From: Hydrolagus colliei
Taxonomy: Eukaryota
Length of the DNA: 64,000 nt
Reading direction: 5' to 3'
NCBI GenBank assembly: GCA_035084275.1
Contig: CM068742.1
Coordinates: 154,628,001 to 154,692,000 of the forward strand
In this document: positions 59,883 through 64,000 of the stretch, piece by piece
Numbering within the stretch: the stretch's first letter is position 1
Layout of the letters: every line of letters starts with the position of its first letter
The notes under the pieces: generated by a model
The model's input: only the letters and a program-made list of their open reading frames with translations
The model's database searches: none
What the model was told of the DNA's origin: nothing
Translations under genes and position numbers: made by a program

Positions 59883-62800
59883 ATGATGCTGGGAGCTGTG
59901 CTCTGTGTCCTGGTCCTGTCAGCATCTGCCTTACGTATGTACAATCAGTAACTATAATAACTGATCACACGCGATTGTCACCTCAATGCTCGACTCCGGC
60001 AACTCCCTCCTTGTCGGCCTCCCCAACTCTTCCCTCCACAAGCTGCAGATAATCCCAAACTTTGCACCTCGTGTCCTCTCCCACACCAGGCTCTGCGACC
60101 CTATCACCCCCACCCTCGCCCGGTTCCACTGGCTGCCTGTCCCTCAGAGAATCAAATTCAAGATCTTTATACTCACATTCAAGTCCCTCCACCCTCCTAC
60201 CTCTGTGACCAGCAGATTCCCTATTAACCTACCTGTTCCCTCCATTTAGCAGGCTCCAGCCTTCTCCATGTCTCCCAGCCGACCCTCCCTTCCATCTTTG
60301 ATGGGCTTTCAGGCTCTCTGCTCCAATTCTTTGGAGTTCTAGCACACAATCCCTTTGTCTTGCTTCCTCCTTTGCCTCCCTTAACGCCAGTGTCAAGATC
60401 CTCCTTTTTGAGTGTCCCTTCAGCCGCCTTTCTATCTCTCTGGCCGCTTTCATCACAAACCAGCCCCTCCCCCACCACCTCCCCTATGCTTGGGTGCTGG
60501 CACCTGACTGGTCAACGCCTTGGGACATCCACCCAACATGAATGGCGCTCTACAAATATAGTTGTTGTTGTCGTTTCCCTTTAGTGGCATGATTACAGAG
60601 TAAGGTGACATCTGTAAATAATGTTTTTGTCTTTAATGTTGACAGATCTGCCGCTGAGTGAGTCACTCACTGAGCCTCACAGGGCAAGTGTGTATTTGTT
60701 AATTCTGCTTCCATTTGATTTTCCAAACCTCTCTCTGTCTTGTCTTGTCTGTCCGTTTTCACTCCCCACTGATTCCCAAGGGATGGTACAAATTACCCTC
60801 AATGCATATTCTGCGATCCACAATATTTTCATTTCCTCTTACATCAGATGCCTGGGTGACAACAAATGATGGTATTTTTAAAATACAATAGACCACAAGA
60901 GCATTTTTCTTTCCACAAGCCACCCATTCTAATCCCTCTGTCCAGTCACTTCCGATTCCCTACACCCTTAATATTGCTCCTCTTCAATCATCTATCCAAT
61001 TCCCTTTGATAGACTTGATGGATGATGTCTTGAATCCAGTTTGTGGCAGATAATTCCCACAATTCCATCCTGTGTAAAAACCAAAGTGTTTGCTTGTTAA
61101 CTCTGTGCCTCTACTTTATCTGTTTTAAGCTCCTCATAGTTCCTCTTTTGTGATAGTATTAGATCTGTTCTTATTGCGATATCAGTGAAAATATATTGGT
61201 ATTTCCCCTGCTCCGTGACCACATCACACCCACCCTTGCCCGTCTTCACTGCCTCCCCAGCCACCAGAAGATCGAATTCACGATCTTTATCCTCACTTCC
61301 AAGACCATTCACGCCCTTGCCCCCGACTATCTCTTTGGCATGCTATCACCCTTTCAGTCTGCGTGTCCCTCCGTTCAGTGGGCTCTGGTCTGCTCCATGT
61401 CCCCCGCCCGAACTGTCCTCCCATCGGTGGCCAGGCTTTCAACCTCTCTGCCCCCACACTCTGGAACTCCATCCCTCAACCACTTCACCTCGCTTCCTGT
61501 TTCCTCCTCCAAGGTCGATCTCAAAACCTTCCTCTTTGACCGTGCCTTCTGCTGCCCACCTAACTATCCCCACTTTCCTACTCACCATCCCCCTACCCCT
61601 ACCTCGACCCTTCCCCCCCCTGCCCAGGTACCAACCCAACTGTTGAGTGCCTTGGAATGTGCGCCCGACGTGAAAGGAGCTCTGAAAATGTAATTGTGTT
61701 GTTGTTGTGACTTGGTGTGACCTCTATCTGGTCGCCACAAACCTTCTCAATTTGTGAGCCACCAATCTGCCAAATCTCTCTTCGGTTATGAAACTTATCA
61801 TCTCTGTGGACTTGCCAACACACTAGGATGCATCTTTTCCATTTTTTTAAATAATGTTCTTATAGTGGATCCACAAATTGTCTACATTAATCCCAGCTGT
61901 GACCTAACCAAGCTCTTGTCCAAGTTCAGTGTTGCCTGTTTGCTTTTATATTGTGTTCTGGTTCACATTACACCATGTGTGACCTCACAGGGCTCAGTGA
62001 GAATGGCTGGACAATGGAGACCCTGATATAGTGACCGGCAGGTTAGGGTCACCAGTCATCATGTACTGCAAGTTCACTCACCCTCACCCCAGATACACAG
62101 GTAACATCACCATCAGGTGGAAGGGAGGCTGGGCTGGTCCTGTGTATTTTAAATATACAAACTATAGGCCAGATTCACAGGGAAAGTATCAAAATATCAT
62201 TGATGCAAACGAGGGAGACGACACCGAGTGATTGCGAACCCGAGGAGGAACGACGCTACAATACAGATAAACCAGCTGAGGGGAGAGGACAATAATAAGA
62301 CTTTCTCCTGTTCAACTGTTCAACTTTTCAAAAGTTCAACTGTCGTGTGGAGCTCCAGGGTGAGGGCAGACAGCTTGAAACTGACCCCAGCTACACATCT
62401 GTATGTTACAGGTGAGGAACGATGGGAAGTTGGAATGAGACGTGATGATCCTCACTGGTGCCGGAGTCAGTGGGAAGTGTCTCGCCCAGGACGGGCAATA
62501 GGGAGCGAGTGTTCCCAGTGAAGGAAGGTGTGTAACAGGGGCTGGCAGGGACAGTGAGTGAGCGGCTGATGGGAGGGAGGGCTGTGCTGTACACTGACCT
62601 GTCACTGTGGGAATGTCTATTTGCCAAGGCTCCTCACATGTGTGTAACATGTACTGTGTCACACTGACTGCGCTTCAGTATTCCAATCCTGTTCCTGTCT
62701 CAGGTCATGAAGAGAAGCTCCCGTCAGTGACTGGTACCAAGGGAGGTGATGCCACACTGCCCTGCTCCTTCACCAGGCCCAACACACACCAGAATCCTGC

Positions 62801-63865
62801 CACAGTCACAGTGATTTGGAGGAGAGGGAGGCCACAAGGGCAGCCAGTTACTAATGACACTCTTGACCTCACCTCCCGCTCCAACCCCAGGGAGTCAGAG
62901 ACAGTGAATGAAGGAAATCACAATAACCTGGTCGGGAATGTGAGGGATGGAGACGCTTGCCTGAGGATCAGGGACTTGGAGTTAAACGACAACAACCGGT
63001 ATTTCTGTAACATACACGTCATGTTTATCTATAACAGACAACAACAGGACCAGATGACACAGGACTTATCACGGATACAGGTTTTTGGTAAGAAATCTCT
63101 TGTCACTGCGGGTCACTGAATTGGGTAAATAAACAAGTCAATGTTCACTTGGTTTTAACAACGTTAAGTTTGATTAATTCCATATTCTGCTTCTCATGTG
63201 TTAATTAGCACACAGAATATATTCGGAATGAGCAGAAACTTTAGTTGCTACAGGAGACAGTGTTTCTTCCCTCTCATCTCATGTTGACTGGCTAGTCAAA
63301 GCCTTAACAATTAGACTCACTTTTACCACCGCATTTCCTACCCTACTCTCTTCCTGATCCCAAATTCCAGCTTTGGTGGTGGTGGAAATCCTGATTTGGG
63401 AATTCCACCCCGTGTGAAAGCCACGCTACAAATGTGATTGTTTATTGTGGCTTAAAGTAGCAGGAAGCTTGCCATGGGGTGTGTACAAGATTACGGAATG
63501 ACAAGATTGGTCTGGGCGATGAAAGCCCATCTGATGTGAAAAGCGCTAAACAAATGTAACTCTGTTGTTGTTGTTCATCTCATCCTTGCAAAACACACAC
63601 CTACTGTCCACGCATCGCATCATCAAGTTGCTTTGTAAATGAATCAGTGTCCTGGCCTCAAATACCCTACCTGGCAACCTGATCCAGTTGTGCGAGTGTG
63701 CAACAATGGGGAGAGAATGACTGGGATCAGAGTGGAGAGCTCCAGTGGGGAGTGAGCACAGACATGATGCGGAAATATATTTGGTAACAATAACTCTGTT
63801 TCTTTATATCCAAAGCTCCGGCCGTCATCCTGACTCTGTCCCTTGTGGCTGGTCCACAGAATTAG
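59883..63865 (+). pseudogene. Gene C: disrupted Siglec-15-like receptor, sister of gene A. Leader 59883-59934, V1 61991-62411 (frameshifted), V2 62704-63087 (open), C2 stub 63816-63865
   Basis: Shares A's 1-bp V1 deletion (giving TAG at ~62028), a 32-bp insertion at 62311-62342 and the C2 truncation; extra 1-bp deletion at ~62219; lacks the CR1 piece. Confidence 0.85.
62704..63087 (+). CDS. V2 Ig exon of gene C, open frame
   Basis: 384 bp phase 1-1, AG/GT intact; several changes at otherwise conserved residues (KRY to NHN, S to C). Confidence 0.75.
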
Positions 63866-64000
63866 GGGAGGATGGAAATAGAAGTGTGAACAGTTGAGTT
63901 AGTGTAAGCAGGCAAGAGAGGGCACATGGTGAAGAGATGATGCTGGGAGCTGTGCTCTGTCCCTAGTCCCGTCAGCCTCTGCGGGTTTTAGTGGTGGCCT

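Larger units (their letters stand above)
54458..64000 (+). repeat. Segmental duplicate of ~2035-11500
   Basis: Collinear and a few percent divergent; offsets 52.4-52.9 kb (2220/54671, 7026/59883, 10197/62704, 11310/63816). Confidence 0.9.

Overview
Vertebrate genomic DNA, not prokaryotic. The CR1/L2/Penelope/tRNA-SINE repertoire suggests a cartilaginous fish (inference). The window holds a tandem, birth-and-death cluster of Siglec-15/PILR-like Ig receptors with an unusual leader-V-V-C2/TM-tail layout. One copy looks intact (gene B, 17822-27671, about 451 aa by manual splicing). It keeps the sialic-acid-binding-type Arg in V1, has a transmembrane Arg, and has lost its tyrosine/ITIM exons by a ~2.5 kb deletion that also creates a new splice acceptor. 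Also present are the tail exons of an upstream paralogue (YGN + VIYAVV ITIM, but preceded by an in-frame TGA), two related disrupted copies (gene A 7026-11383, gene C 59883-63865), an orphan ITIM exon and a remnant of a further unit. A microsatellite- and gap-rich ~18 kb block carrying an intron-containing, multiply frameshifted SLC7A8 (LAT2) fragment (six internal exons) interrupts the cluster, between a Penelope element with (TAACCC)n repeats and a hAT element. Mobile DNA includes a young CR1 LINE, a long L2 LINE, many L2 fragments, three copies of a hAT/Tip100-like element carrying an RTE-type LINE fragment, SINEs and a Tc2-like end. All exon joins and family assignments were made by eye and from memory of the families, with no database searches.
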